From NCBI GenBank assembly GCA_049324475.1, contig JBMOOO010000011.1, positions 232,846-296,845 of the forward strand: 64,000 bases of DNA. Direction: 5' to 3'. Source of the DNA: Pseudomonadota bacterium (GTDB lineage Bacteria; Pseudomonadota; Gammaproteobacteria; Pseudomonadales; JADFDG01). Below are positions 42,664 to 52,514 of the stretch, piece after piece (the first letter of the stretch is position 1; the number at the start of each line of letters is the position of its first letter). A program made the translations under genes and the position numbers. Under the pieces are notes generated by a model. The model had not been told where the DNA came from. It searched no databases and saw nothing but the letters and a program-made list of their open reading frames with translations.

Positions 42664-43634
42664 GCCGGTTTTTTCGCGATGGCAATGGCACGCACCGGGG
42701 CCGGATGGCCTTCCACGGTGCGCGTGCGGTCGGCCGGATCGAGGAAATCCTCCAGCGACTGGAAACGCATCCAGTCGGTGCGGCGTTGCTCCTGCAGGCT
42801 GGTGCGGTTGATGTCGACGATGCGCACGTCGGCACAGCCGGCCGTCCGCAGCCAGTTTTCCAGCAGGGCCGGGCCGGGCAGGGTGAACACGTTGCGCATC
42901 TGCGCGTAGCGTTCGCCGGGGTCGAGTTTTTCCTGATGCTCGACGACCAGTGTTTCCAGCACCAGTTCGCCGCCGGGTCGCAGCGCGGCCAGCAGCTCGG
43001 CCAGGTGCGCCAGCGGGTCGCGGCGGTGGTACAGCACGCCCATGGAAAACACGGTGTCGAAGGCTTGCTGGCCGGCCGGCAGGTCTTCCAGCTTTGACGG
43101 CAGCAGGTGCACCGGTTCATCCGGCAGGTAACGTTTTGCCGCGGCAAATTGTGCGAGATACAGCAGTGCCGGTTCGATGCCCAGTGCGAAAGACGCGCCG
43201 GCACCGCGCATGCGCCACAGGTGGTAGCCGCTGCCGCAACCGACATCGAGCACGCGCCGGCCGGCCAGGGGCGAGAGATGCGGAGCCACACGCTGCCATT
43301 TCCAGTCGGAACGCCACTCGGTATCGATCACGGTACCGAAAAAGTCGAAAGGCCCTTTGCGCCAGGGATGCAGTTCGCGCAGCGATCGTTCCAGCACATC
43401 GCCGGCGCCGGCGCGAAGGTCGTCGGGCTGCCCGATGGTGACGGTGTCGGCGGCCAGCATCACCCGGGAAGGCCGTGCATCCGGCAGGGCGGCGACGGCC
43501 GCCTGCCAGCGCGGCAGGTCGGCGTTGCGCACCGCGGATACGAGCAGTGGCCACCGGGCCGCCAGCAGCTCCCGCCAGCCGTTCGGCAGCTCTCCGGCGG
43601 CCAGCAAGGCGTCCGGCCGGAATGCGTCGGTCAT
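42660..43634 (-). CDS. cmoB: tRNA U34 carboxymethyltransferase
   Basis: Internal ATG at 43634 (MTDAFRPDALL). 'LHPWRKGPF' and 'VLDVGCGSGYH'. ATGA overlap with cmoA. Confidence 0.9.
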   Translation of the reverse strand: MTDAFRPDALLAAGELPNGWRELLAARWPLLVSAVRNADLPRWQAAVAALPDARPSRVMLAADTVTIGQPDDLRAGAGDVLERSLRELHPWRKGPFDFFGTVIDTEWRSDWKWQRVAPHLSPLAGRRVLDVGCGSGYHLWRMRGAGASFALGIEPALLYLAQFAAAKRYLPDEPVHLLPSKLEDLPAGQQAFDTVFSMGVLYHRRDPLAHLAELLAALRPGGELVLETLVVEHQEKLDPGERYAQMRNVFTLPGPALLENWLRTAGCADVRIVDINRTSLQEQRRTDWMRFQSLEDFLDPADRTRTVEGHPAPVRAIAIAKKPA

Positions 43635-44398
43635 GCCGATGGTGCCCGCGCGATCAGCGACATGAAATTGAAGCAGCGGAACCAGGGAGCGACTTCCGTG
43701 TAGCCGGCAGCGCGCAGCCGCGTGATGTGCTGATCCAGGGTATCCGGCACCAGCACGTTTTCCAGTGCGGTGCGCTTCTGGGCGATTTCCAGTTCGCTGT
43801 AGCCTTCGGAGCGCTTGAACTCCAGGTGCAGTGCGTCGTTGACCTGCTGTTCGTGCGCATCCTCGAAACGGATTTTCTCGGACAGCACCAGCACGCCGCC
43901 GGGGCGCATGCCGGCACGGATACGTTGCAGCAAGGGCAGGCGGTCGGCCTCCGGCACGAACTGCAGGGTGAAGTTCAGTGCCACCACGGACGCGTCGGCA
44001 TAGTGCGTGTCGCGTATGTCCTCGCAACGCAGCTCCACCGGCGCAGCCCCGGGCCCGGCATCGCCCAGCAGCTGTCGCGCGCGCTCCAGCATGGCCGGTG
44101 CATTGTCGATGGCGATGATCCGGCAATCCCGCCCGGCAATCGGATGGCGCATGGCCAGCGTGACGGCGCCCAGTGAACAACCGAGGTCATACAGTGTCGA
44201 GCCGGGTGCGGCGTGACGGCCGGCGATCACACCGGTCATCTGCACCATGGTGGCGTAGCCCGGCACGGAGCGCCGGATCATGTCCGGGAAAACCCGTGCC
44301 ACCGCCTCGTCGAAACGGAAGGGTGGTACCTGTCCGCGCGGGCTGGCGTAAAGGCGGTCCGGGTTACCGGAAGCGTGGTCGGGACGGTCGGCAGGCAT
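43631..44398 (-). CDS. cmoA: carboxy-S-adenosyl-L-methionine synthase
   Basis: 'FDEAVARVFPDMIRRSVPGY' and 'LYDLGCSLGA'. Confidence 0.9.
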   Translation of the reverse strand: MPADRPDHASGNPDRLYASPRGQVPPFRFDEAVARVFPDMIRRSVPGYATMVQMTGVIAGRHAAPGSTLYDLGCSLGAVTLAMRHPIAGRDCRIIAIDNAPAMLERARQLLGDAGPGAAPVELRCEDIRDTHYADASVVALNFTLQFVPEADRLPLLQRIRAGMRPGGVLVLSEKIRFEDAHEQQVNDALHLEFKRSEGYSELEIAQKRTALENVLVPDTLDQHITRLRAAGYTEVAPWFRCFNFMSLIARAPSA

Positions 44399-44574
44399 GG
44401 GTGGCCGTTTTGCTCGTGAACGATGGCCGGAACGGGCAGCAATTCTAGTCCAGTGGACATGGATTCCCGCTGGTCAGATGCCGTTACGACAACGATACCG
44501 GCCGGCCGGAACGGCTCGCTTATACTGCCCCGCCGTCGTCGACTCCCGCGACGGGCCTCCTGCCTCCGGTGCGC

Positions 44575-45858
44575 ATGGCTTCCACGCTCGACCTTCTGCG
44601 TCGCAATGCCCGTCGCTTCGGCCACCTGGTCGCGGGCCGGGCACGCCATGCGCGTGCGGTCCGCACCGCCATGGGTGTCCTGCGCACCTACCGCCGCTAT
44701 TTCCTGTCCGGCGAGCGCCAGGACGAAACCACCCGTGCTGCGGCCCTGTCCCGGGCCCATGCCAAGGCGGCCCGCCGGCTGGTGAAACTGGCCGAACAGA
44801 ACGGTGGCGGCTGGATCAAGGCCGCACAGTTTTTCAGTTGCCGGCCGGACGTGCTGCCGCCGGAATACATCACGGCCCTGCAGAAGCTGCAGAACGATGC
44901 GCCGCCGGTCGATTTTGCGGAGCTGGAGCCGGTGCTGGCGGCGCGCTGGGGCAAACAGTGGCGAAACCGTTTCGCGGCTTTCGACGAAACGCCGGTGGCC
45001 ACGGCCTCCATCGCGCAGGTCCACCGGGCCACGCTGCCCGGCGGTGAGGAAGTGGCGGTCAAGATACGCCTGCCGGAAGTCGTCGAACATTTCCATCAGG
45101 ACGAAGCCACGTTCCGCATCGTGGCCGGCATCCTGTCGCCGCTGGTGCGCGAACTGGACCTGGTGCAGGTGATCGACCAGTTGCTGGTCATGACCCTGCA
45201 GGAACTGGATTTCCGCAACGAAGCCGACAACCTGCGCCGCTTCGCCGCGCTGCCGCACCGGCCGCGCATCCGTGTGCCGGCGCTTTACGGGGAGCTGTCG
45301 GGTGAGGATGTGATGGTCACGGAATGGATGCACGGCGAACGTCTGCGCAACTATCTCGACGCCCATCCGGCCCGTGCCAACGACCTGCTCGGCGAGCTGT
45401 TCCAGAGCTATATCCAGCAGGTGACGCATTTCGGCGTCTACCAGGCAGACCCGCATCCGGGCAACTTCATCGTCGACCACGACGGCAACATCGCCATCCT
45501 CGATTTCGGCGCGCTGGCGTTCATCCCGGCGGAAGAGCGCGACAATTACGCGCGCCTGCTGTTCGCCTGCGTGCGTGGCGAGACCGAAGGCATCGGGGAA
45601 CTGTTCGAAAAAGCCGGGTTCATCGGCGGCAATGCCCGGACGCTGCAGGCGCTGGCGGCCTTCGTGCTGACCGACCGTCTGGCCCGCGAGGGCGTGGCGG
45701 ACAGTATGGGTGAGCTGCTGAAACTGTTCCGCGAACAGAAAGTGGCGATGCCCGATTCCTGGATCGCGATCTCGCGCGTGCTGATCACCATCGGCGGCTT
45801 CCTGACCGCCTACCGGGTTCCGTTGTCGTGGGGGCCGGCGCCGACTACGGCAGCCTGA
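44575..45858 (+). CDS. ABC1/UbiB-family atypical kinase
   Basis: 'FDETPVATASIAQVHRA', 'VAVKIRLP' and 'YQADPHPGNFIV'. ATG 44575 (GTG 44569 is the alternative). Confidence 0.85.
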   Translation: MASTLDLLRRNARRFGHLVAGRARHARAVRTAMGVLRTYRRYFLSGERQDETTRAAALSRAHAKAARRLVKLAEQNGGGWIKAAQFFSCRPDVLPPEYITALQKLQNDAPPVDFAELEPVLAARWGKQWRNRFAAFDETPVATASIAQVHRATLPGGEEVAVKIRLPEVVEHFHQDEATFRIVAGILSPLVRELDLVQVIDQLLVMTLQELDFRNEADNLRRFAALPHRPRIRVPALYGELSGEDVMVTEWMHGERLRNYLDAHPARANDLLGELFQSYIQQVTHFGVYQADPHPGNFIVDHDGNIAILDFGALAFIPAEERDNYARLLFACVRGETEGIGELFEKAGFIGGNARTLQALAAFVLTDRLAREGVADSMGELLKLFREQKVAMPDSWIAISRVLITIGGFLTAYRVPLSWGPAPTTAA

Positions 45859-47050
45859 TGGCGGCCAGGGTTGTCGCGACGTCCTGCATCGAGGCAGGGC
45901 GGTCATCAGGCGCTTTCTCGAGCAGTTTCATCACCAGCGTGGCCAGGGCTTCCGGCACGTCCGGCCGCCTGGCGCGGATGTCGTCGGGCACGCGCGTGAT
46001 CTGTGCGGCCATGACCTGCGTGCTTTCGCCGGTGAACGGCGGGCGCCCGTCCAGCAACTCGTACAACAGGATGCCGAACGCATAGATGTCACTGCGCTCG
46101 TCGACACTGAGGCCGGCCGCCTGCTCCGGGCTCATGTAGGCCGGTGAGCCCATCACGGTCCCGATCTGCGTTTCACTGCTGGCGCTGTCCAGGAAGCGCG
46201 CCAGACCGAAGTCGGTCAATTTGGGCAGGGTGGTTTCCGCCATCAGGACGTTGGCCGGTTTCAGGTCGCGGTGGATGACGTTCTGCGCGTGCGCACAGGC
46301 CAGTGCTTCGGCAATCTGCCGACCCCAGTCCAGTGCGTTGGCAATGCTCTGCGGCTGGCGCCCGGCCAGCTCTGCCAGTGACGGTCCGCGTACGAACTCC
46401 ATGGCGATGCGGCAGCCGTCCGGGCTGTCCAGCAGATCGTAGATCTGCACGATGCCGCGATGGTTCAGTCTGGCCACGGCCTGGGCTTCGCGGAAAAACC
46501 GGGCGCGCAGCGACGGGTCCTGCGCCACCTGCGGTGTCAGCTCCTTCAGCGCAACGGAACGTTTCAGCAGGGTGTCCTCCGCGCAGTAGACCACGCCCAT
46601 GGCACCGCGCCCGAGCTCCCGTTCGATGCGGTAGCGTGGTCCGGCCGGCGAGACCGCGCCGGGGTTGGCCCGTGTGTCGCCGATGACGAGTGTCGGCGCA
46701 TCGCTTCCGGTGCGGGGCCGCCGCTGCCAGGCCACGCGGCCTGCCGCGTACAGCACGGCACCGGCATAGAGCAGCCACAGCAGGCCGGCCACCCAGGGTT
46801 GCAGCGGGCTGGCACGTCGCACCGTGGTGAGCCCGAACAGGCGCTTCTCGCGCAGGTCGGGCGTGAGCCAGTCGGCCAGCACATCGATCAGCGCCGGCAT
46901 GACGAGGATGCCGGCCAGCACACCGGCGGCCAGCAGGAGTCCGGTCGGCAGGCCGGCATCGGCCAGCCAGCGCCGGCGTGTGTCCGGATGCACGAGCAAT
47001 GCCTGCGCTTCGGTGCGCAGCCGGTGCAGCCGTTCCGGCAATGTCGTCAT
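45845..47050 (-). CDS. membrane-anchored Ser/Thr protein kinase (N-terminal TM region, C-terminal Hanks kinase domain)
   Basis: ATG 47050. TM segments 'GLLLAAGVLAGILVMPALI' and 'WVAGLLWLLYAGAVLYAAG'. Kinase motifs 'GRGAMGVVY', 'VALK', 'HRDLKPANVL', 'DFGLAR' and 'GSPAYMSPE'. Confidence 0.85.
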   Translation of the reverse strand: MTTLPERLHRLRTEAQALLVHPDTRRRWLADAGLPTGLLLAAGVLAGILVMPALIDVLADWLTPDLREKRLFGLTTVRRASPLQPWVAGLLWLLYAGAVLYAAGRVAWQRRPRTGSDAPTLVIGDTRANPGAVSPAGPRYRIERELGRGAMGVVYCAEDTLLKRSVALKELTPQVAQDPSLRARFFREAQAVARLNHRGIVQIYDLLDSPDGCRIAMEFVRGPSLAELAGRQPQSIANALDWGRQIAEALACAHAQNVIHRDLKPANVLMAETTLPKLTDFGLARFLDSASSETQIGTVMGSPAYMSPEQAAGLSVDERSDIYAFGILLYELLDGRPPFTGESTQVMAAQITRVPDDIRARRPDVPEALATLVMKLLEKAPDDRPASMQDVATTLAAIRLP

Positions 47051-47082
47051 GCAGGGAACCGGATGGGCGTGTATGCGGAAGA

Positions 47083-47156
47083 TGGAGCGGGTGATGGGAA
47101 TCGAACCCACGCTAGCAGCTTGGGAAGCTGCAGTTCTGCCATTGAACTACACCCGC
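47083..47156 (-). tRNA. tRNA-Gly (anticodon CCC)
   Basis: The reverse complement reads GCGGGTGTAGTTCAATGGCAGAACTGCAGCTTCCCAAGCTGCTAGCGTGGGTTCGATTCCCATCACCCGCTCCA. Anticodon loop is TTCCCAA. Confidence 0.93.
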
Positions 47157-47242
47157 AGAGCCTGAACCGCCACCCGCGACTGTCGCAGGGCGGACGGGAA
47201 ACGGGCGGCGATTCTGCCACAGTCGCCGCCCGGCCGGAACGA

Positions 47243-48175
47243 TCAGTAACCGGCGAGGAAATCCCGGTAGATCTTCGCGCTTTCTTCCGGCGCCTCCACC
47301 ATGGGCACGTGGCCGATGCCGGGCATGATCACCTTCTTCGCGTTCGGCATGGTGGTGACGAACAGGTCGGCGTTCGCCACGTGCAGCAGGCGATCCTGAT
47401 CGCCCCAGAGCACCAGTGTGCGGGCAATGACTTCCGGCAATATTGCCGTCTGGTCGATGCTGTTGTCGCGCCGCAGGTCCTTGAAGATCTTCTCGTGCAG
47501 TTCCGCGCGTTCGATGGCGGTGCGTTCCAGCACTGACAGGACCGGCCAGGGCAGGAACGGCGGCTGGGCGGTGGCCCATTCCATCACGGTGGCCATGTCG
47601 CCCGGGTTCTTCACGATCAGCGGATTGTTGCCCTCGGCCAGCTGCGCATCGAATTCACTGTCCTGCATGTGGGCGCCGGCGGCATCGAACAGGCCCAGGC
47701 TGAGGATGTTGGCCGGGGCCAGCCAGGCCGCGCGTGCGGCGATGGCACCGCCCATGGAGTTGCCGGCGATGTGGAATTTGTGGACGCCCAGTGTGTCCAT
47801 CATGCTGAGTACGCGGCGTGCCTGGGTATCGATGTCGTAGGCCAGCTTGATGTCGTGCGTGGTCTCGCCGTGCCCCGGCAGATCCGGTATCACGATGTTG
47901 TAGCCCGAGCCGAACGCGCCGGCAAAGCGCACCCAGTTGCTCTTGTCGGCGGTGAACCCGTGCAGCAGCACGACGGTTTCCTGGCCGTCCTTCCATTCGT
48001 TCTTCAGGTAAGACCATGCGATGTCGTCGACCTGCACGGTGGCGGCAGTCAGGCCGGCACGCGAATTTTCGTAATCGTTCATGGCATGGAAGATCGGGCC
48101 CTCGATCTTCTCGCAGCCGGGCAGCAGCAGGGCCAGTGCCAGGCAGAGCAACAGCGTGTGCAGGCGGGTCGTCAT
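47243..48175 (-). CDS. alpha/beta-fold hydrolase lipoprotein (esterase/lipase-type)
   Basis: Lipobox 'LLLPGC', oxyanion 'LLHGFT' and nucleophile elbow 'GNSMGG'. Confidence 0.8.
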   Translation of the reverse strand: MTTRLHTLLLCLALALLLPGCEKIEGPIFHAMNDYENSRAGLTAATVQVDDIAWSYLKNEWKDGQETVVLLHGFTADKSNWVRFAGAFGSGYNIVIPDLPGHGETTHDIKLAYDIDTQARRVLSMMDTLGVHKFHIAGNSMGGAIAARAAWLAPANILSLGLFDAAGAHMQDSEFDAQLAEGNNPLIVKNPGDMATVMEWATAQPPFLPWPVLSVLERTAIERAELHEKIFKDLRRDNSIDQTAILPEVIARTLVLWGDQDRLLHVANADLFVTTMPNAKKVIMPGIGHVPMVEAPEESAKIYRDFLAGY

Positions 48176-48182
48176 GAGCGGA

Positions 48183-49067
48183 TCACTCCGGAGTCTGTTC
48201 CATGGGGCGGGCGGCCTTGCCGGCGCCGCCGTAGAGGTTAATCAGCCCGGCGGCGAAGATCAAAACGCTGCCGATGATCGTGGTGACAAGAAGACTCTCG
48301 TGCCACACCAGCGCGCCCAGCAGTGCGGCGAACACCACCGAGGTATAGGTGAAGGGCCCGATGCGGCCGGGTGGCGCCACCTGGAAGGCCCGCGTGATCA
48401 GCAGCTGGCCGGCGGTGCCGAACACGCCCATGGCGACCAGCCAGGGCCAGAGCGCCGCCGGGGGCGGCTGCCATGCCCACAGCAGAGGCACGGCCGATAC
48501 CAGCGTGCATACCACGGAGAAGTGGAAAACGATGCGGTCCGGCGGCTCGCTCTCGTTCATTTCCCGGATCGCGACCATGGCGACGCTGGCCAGGATGGCT
48601 GCCGCGATACCGACCAGTGCATCCGGATCGAAGGTGGCGGCACCGGGGCGGAGGATGCACAGCACGCCGGCGAAACCGATCACGATGGCGGCGGCGTTGC
48701 GGCGGCCGATGTGCTCCTTCAGCCAGAACCAGGCGATCAGCGGCATGAAGAACGGTGTGGTGAGTTTCACCAGCGTGGCTTCCGCCAGCGGGAGATGCCC
48801 GATCACGTAGAAGAATCCGTACATGGCGGCGAGCCCGGCCAGCGCGCGTATCGCCATGGTGCGCGGGCTGTTGCTGCGCAGCAGCGAGCGGCCGTGCCGT
48901 GCCACGATCGGCAGCAGCACCAGCAGCCCGAACAGGTTGCGCAGGAACACCACGGTCTCGGTGCCGACCTCGGGCGAGACGTGCTTGATCACGGCCGCCA
49001 TCAGGGTCAGCGACAGCTCGCCCAGGGTGAGCAGCAGGGCGCCCAGCAGGAAAGGGTTGGCGGGCAT
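48183..49067 (-). CDS. DMT-superfamily (EamA-type) transporter
   Basis: ATG 49067 (MPANPFLLGALLL). About 10 TM segments as two EamA-like halves. Confidence 0.8.
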   Translation of the reverse strand: MPANPFLLGALLLTLGELSLTLMAAVIKHVSPEVGTETVVFLRNLFGLLVLLPIVARHGRSLLRSNSPRTMAIRALAGLAAMYGFFYVIGHLPLAEATLVKLTTPFFMPLIAWFWLKEHIGRRNAAAIVIGFAGVLCILRPGAATFDPDALVGIAAAILASVAMVAIREMNESEPPDRIVFHFSVVCTLVSAVPLLWAWQPPPAALWPWLVAMGVFGTAGQLLITRAFQVAPPGRIGPFTYTSVVFAALLGALVWHESLLVTTIIGSVLIFAAGLINLYGGAGKAARPMEQTPE

Positions 49068-50065
49068 TACCGGCTTGCCATCACCTTCACCACGTCGATC
49101 ATGCGGTTGGAGAAACCCCATTCGTTGTCGTACCAGGCCATCACCTTGGCCTGACCGTGCAGTACACGGGTGTGGTTGGCATCGAAGATCGCGGATGCCG
49201 GATCGTGGTTGAAGTCGATCGAGACCAGCTTCTCCTCGTTGTAGCGGAGGATGCCGCCGCTGGCATCGGCGGCCTTCTTCATCACCGCATTGATCTCTTC
49301 CGGCGTGGTGGCACGCGCCGGCAGGAAGTGCAGGTCGACGATGGAGACGTTGGTGGTGGGCACGCGCAGGGCCATGCCGTCCAGTTTCCCCTTCAGTTCC
49401 GGCAGCACCAGGCCGACCGCCCGTGCGGCGCCGGTGGACGAGGGAATGATGGAACTCTGGGCAGTGCGTGCGCGGTAAAGATCCGAGTGTGCCTTGTCGA
49501 TCAGGGACTGGTCATTGGTGAGTGCGTGCACCGTGGTCATCTGCCCGTGCACGATGCCGATGGTGTCGTGCAGCGCTTTCGCCACCGGCGCCAGGCAGTT
49601 GGTGGTGCAGGAGGCATTGGACACGATGCGGTGTTCCGGCCCCAGGGCGTTGTGGTTCACGCCGTACACCACGGTGAGGTCCATGTCCTCGCCGGGTGCA
49701 CTCAGCAGCACGCGTTTCGCGCCGGCAGCCAGGTGCTGCTCGCAGGCCGCGCGTTTCGTGTAGCGGCCGGTGCACTCCAGCACGATATCGATATCCAGCG
49801 CACGCCAGGGCAGGTCCTTCAGTTCCTTCACGGCCAGCAGCTGGATGCGGTGGCCGTTCACCACCAGGTCGTTGCCGTCCAGGGCGATGTTGCCGCGGAA
49901 GCGGCCATGGGTGGAGTCGTAGCGGGTCAGGTGTGCGTCGACCCGGAAGTCTGCCAGGTCGTTGATGGCCACCAGTTCGATATCGCGATCGTGTCCGCCG
50001 TCATACAGGGCCCGCAGGATGTTGCGGCCGATGCGGCCATAGCCGTTTATCGCGATGCGGATCAT
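49067..50065 (-). CDS. gap: glyceraldehyde-3-phosphate dehydrogenase
   Basis: Internal ATG at 50065 (MIRIAINGYGRIGRN). Active site 'SNASCTTNCLAP' and 'WYDNEWGFS'. Confidence 0.93.
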   Translation of the reverse strand: MIRIAINGYGRIGRNILRALYDGGHDRDIELVAINDLADFRVDAHLTRYDSTHGRFRGNIALDGNDLVVNGHRIQLLAVKELKDLPWRALDIDIVLECTGRYTKRAACEQHLAAGAKRVLLSAPGEDMDLTVVYGVNHNALGPEHRIVSNASCTTNCLAPVAKALHDTIGIVHGQMTTVHALTNDQSLIDKAHSDLYRARTAQSSIIPSSTGAARAVGLVLPELKGKLDGMALRVPTTNVSIVDLHFLPARATTPEEINAVMKKAADASGGILRYNEEKLVSIDFNHDPASAIFDANHTRVLHGQAKVMAWYDNEWGFSNRMIDVVKVMASR

Positions 50066-50116
50066 GGAGGCTCCCCGGATTGGTTTTGCGGCGGTCACGG
50101 GCGCAGAATAACCCGC

Positions 50117-50929
50117 ATGCTGATCGATTCGCACTGCCACATCGATGTTGCCGAATTCGACGCCGATCGCGCCGATGTGCTGGGGCGCGCTGCGCAGGGC
50201 GGTGTCGGCGCGATCGTGGTGCCGGGGATACGGCGCGCGGATTTCGCGTCCCAGAAGGCGGTCTGCGAGGAATCGGTGCAGCTGCATGCGGCCTACGGCC
50301 TGCACCCGGTGTACCTGCACGAGCATCACCCGGGCGACGTGACGGCACTGGGCGACTGGCTGGTGCGCGAGCGGCCGGTGGCGGTCGGCGAGATCGGTCT
50401 GGACTATTTCGTGGAAACCCTGGACCGGCAGCGCCAGCAGCGTTTGTTCGATGACCAGCTGGCACTGGCCCGGGATCTCGACCTGCCGGTGATCCTGCAC
50501 GTGCGGCGTTCACACGATGCCGTATTGGCCACACTGCGCCGGTTCCGGCTGCGCCGGGGCGGCATATGCCACGCGTTTGCCGGCAGCCCGGACCAGGCGC
50601 AGCACTACATCCGGCTGGGATTCCTGCTCGGTTTCGGCGGTGCCGCCACTTTCGATCGTGCCAACCGCCTGCGTGGCACCCTGCGCGAGCTGCCGCTGGA
50701 GGCGATCGCGCTGGAAACGGACGCGCCGGACATTCCGCCGTCCTTCACCGGGCGCGGCGGACGCAACAGTCCCGAATTCCTGCCGCGCATTGCCGCCATG
50801 CTGGCGGACATCCGCGGCATGGCACCGGCGGCGTTTGCGCAGGCGACGTCGGCCAACGTCAGGCGGGTGCTGGATCTTCCCCATCACGCGGAGCACGTGC
50901 CGCCCGCGCGGCATAACGCCCCGGCGTGA
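50117..50929 (+). CDS. TatD-family metal-dependent hydrolase
   Basis: ATG 50117 (MLIDSHCHID). 'GEIGLDY', 'PVILHVR' and 'LETDAPD'. Confidence 0.88.
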   Translation: MLIDSHCHIDVAEFDADRADVLGRAAQGGVGAIVVPGIRRADFASQKAVCEESVQLHAAYGLHPVYLHEHHPGDVTALGDWLVRERPVAVGEIGLDYFVETLDRQRQQRLFDDQLALARDLDLPVILHVRRSHDAVLATLRRFRLRRGGICHAFAGSPDQAQHYIRLGFLLGFGGAATFDRANRLRGTLRELPLEAIALETDAPDIPPSFTGRGGRNSPEFLPRIAAMLADIRGMAPAAFAQATSANVRRVLDLPHHAEHVPPARHNAPA

Positions 50930-51923
50930 GGCCGGTCCAGCCGGTGAAGGCACGGTGGAACGCTGCCGGCTCGCTGTAGCCGAGCAGGCGCGAGGTCTCT
51001 GCCGGCGTCAGGCCGCCTGCGAGGTAGTCGCAGGCCAGTTCCCGGCGCACCTGCACCAGCAATTGCGCGTAGTCGCGGCCTTCGTCGCGCAGGCGCCGCT
51101 GCAGGGTGCGTTCGCTGACCCGCAGTGCGCCGGCAACGGCGGCGCGGCCGGCGGTGCCGTCGGCCAGCCCGGCGGCGATCAGCCGCAGTGTCCGTGCGCT
51201 CCATGAGGCGCTGCGCAGATCGATCAGGGCGCGCTCGGCACGGTCGCGTGCGCGGCCGGCCTGTACCGGATCCGCCGCCAGCGATGCGCCCAGCGCCCCG
51301 GCAGGAAAAAACACGGCGTCGTGCGCGGCATCGAACTGCACCCGGCAGCCGAAGGCCTGCCGGTAGGCAGCGGCGTCTGCGGCGGCCGGCGGTGGCCGGG
51401 CGATGGTGATCGCCACCGGCGCCACGTTGCCGCCGCTGACCCAGTCGATCAGCCGCACGATGGCCAGCAGGGCGGCGTCGATCTGGTGGTGGCTGTAGCG
51501 CCAGCCGTGCGTCAGCGGCAGGTAGTGCAGCGCCAGCAGGCCGGCTTCCGGCTGGCCTGCCTGGATGGTGCCGCCGTCGCTCACCAGGGGCAGGTAGCGG
51601 CGGGCCAGCTCCAGGGCGGCGCCGAGATCGCTGCTGTGGGCCAGCACGTGCGAGAGCAGGTTGAACTGGGCCGGCAGCAGGCTGCCGCCGGCATGCAGGC
51701 CGAACAGCGGATCACCGGTGAGACGGGCAGCAACGTCCCAGATCGCGACACACAGCGGCAGGGGGCAGCGCGGAGCATCCAGCACGGCCGGGGGCACGCC
51801 GCAGCCGGCAGCGATCCGGCTGCGGTCCACTCCCGAGCGCTCCGCGGCGGCGAGAATGCCGGCGATCCATTCGCGGGATACGGTCGGGGCGAGCGGCCGG
51901 GCGGGCGGCGGGGTCGGGGCCAT
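50859..51923 (-). CDS. AraC-family transcriptional regulator (N-terminal ligand-binding-like domain)
   Basis: C-terminal HTH 'LLGYSEPAAFHRAFTGWTGLTPGRY'. Its 3' end overlaps the tatD 3' end by 71 nt (convergent). Confidence 0.85.
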   Translation of the reverse strand: MAPTPPPARPLAPTVSREWIAGILAAAERSGVDRSRIAAGCGVPPAVLDAPRCPLPLCVAIWDVAARLTGDPLFGLHAGGSLLPAQFNLLSHVLAHSSDLGAALELARRYLPLVSDGGTIQAGQPEAGLLALHYLPLTHGWRYSHHQIDAALLAIVRLIDWVSGGNVAPVAITIARPPPAAADAAAYRQAFGCRVQFDAAHDAVFFPAGALGASLAADPVQAGRARDRAERALIDLRSASWSARTLRLIAAGLADGTAGRAAVAGALRVSERTLQRRLRDEGRDYAQLLVQVRRELACDYLAGGLTPAETSRLLGYSEPAAFHRAFTGWTGLTPGRYAARAARAPRDGEDPAPA

Positions 51924-52027
51924 GTCCGGGTCCTGGGCGGCCGATGATCAGGCTGTCCCGAATTATCAATGCTGGCGGCCCGGTCTGCGATAGGGTGGGG
52001 CTGTCATCAACACCCCGGAGGTGTGCC

Positions 52028-52507
52028 ATGGGTACCGTTGCCGCAACCCGCAGTCTGGAAGAGTGGTTCTCGCTGTACGGCGAGAGCCACCGCAACAAGA
52101 CCAACAAGACCATCCACTTCATCGCCGTGCCCTCGATCTACCTGTCGATCATGGGGCTGCTGTGGGCGATCCCGGTGCCCTGGGCCGGCACGGCACCCCT
52201 GCTGAACTGGGCCGTGCTGGCGGCCATCCCCGTGCTGGCGTTCTACGCGCGGCTGTCGATGGTGGTCACGGCCGGGATGGCGCTGTTCAGCGCGCTGTGT
52301 TTCCTCGTGCTGATGAACATCGAGCGCAGCGGATTGTCCGTGCTGTGGTTTTCCGTGGTGCTGTTCGTGGTGATGTGGATCCTGCAGTTCATCGGTCACG
52401 CCGTGGAAGGCAAGAAACCGTCCTTCTTCCAGGATCTGCAGTTCCTGATGATCGGCCCGGCCTGGGTCATGGCCTTCCTGCTGCGCAAGGCCGGCATCCG
52501 CTACTGA
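52028..52507 (+). CDS. DUF962 / Mpo1-like membrane protein
   Basis: ATG 52028 follows GGAGG. 'YGESHRNKTNKTIHFIAVP' and 'GHAVEGKKPSFFQDL' motifs typical of the YGL010w/DUF962 family. Confidence 0.75.
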   Translation: MGTVAATRSLEEWFSLYGESHRNKTNKTIHFIAVPSIYLSIMGLLWAIPVPWAGTAPLLNWAVLAAIPVLAFYARLSMVVTAGMALFSALCFLVLMNIERSGLSVLWFSVVLFVVMWILQFIGHAVEGKKPSFFQDLQFLMIGPAWVMAFLLRKAGIRY

Positions 52508-52514
52508 GGCAGTT

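Noticed and set aside
47083-47156. tRNA-Gly(CCC), and the tRNA-Glu/Gly pair at 1596-1835, as possible genomic-island integration sites.
   Set aside because: There is no integrase, no partial tRNA direct repeat and no obvious compositional break nearby. Flanking genes are ordinary chromosomal genes.
47176-47226. A 13-bp imperfect inverted repeat (GCGACTGTCGCAG ... CTGCCACAGTCGC) with a 25-nt loop, between the hydrolase gene and the tRNA.
   Set aside because: There is one mismatch, a long loop and no U-tract on either strand. I cannot distinguish a terminator, a tRNA-promoter element or chance.
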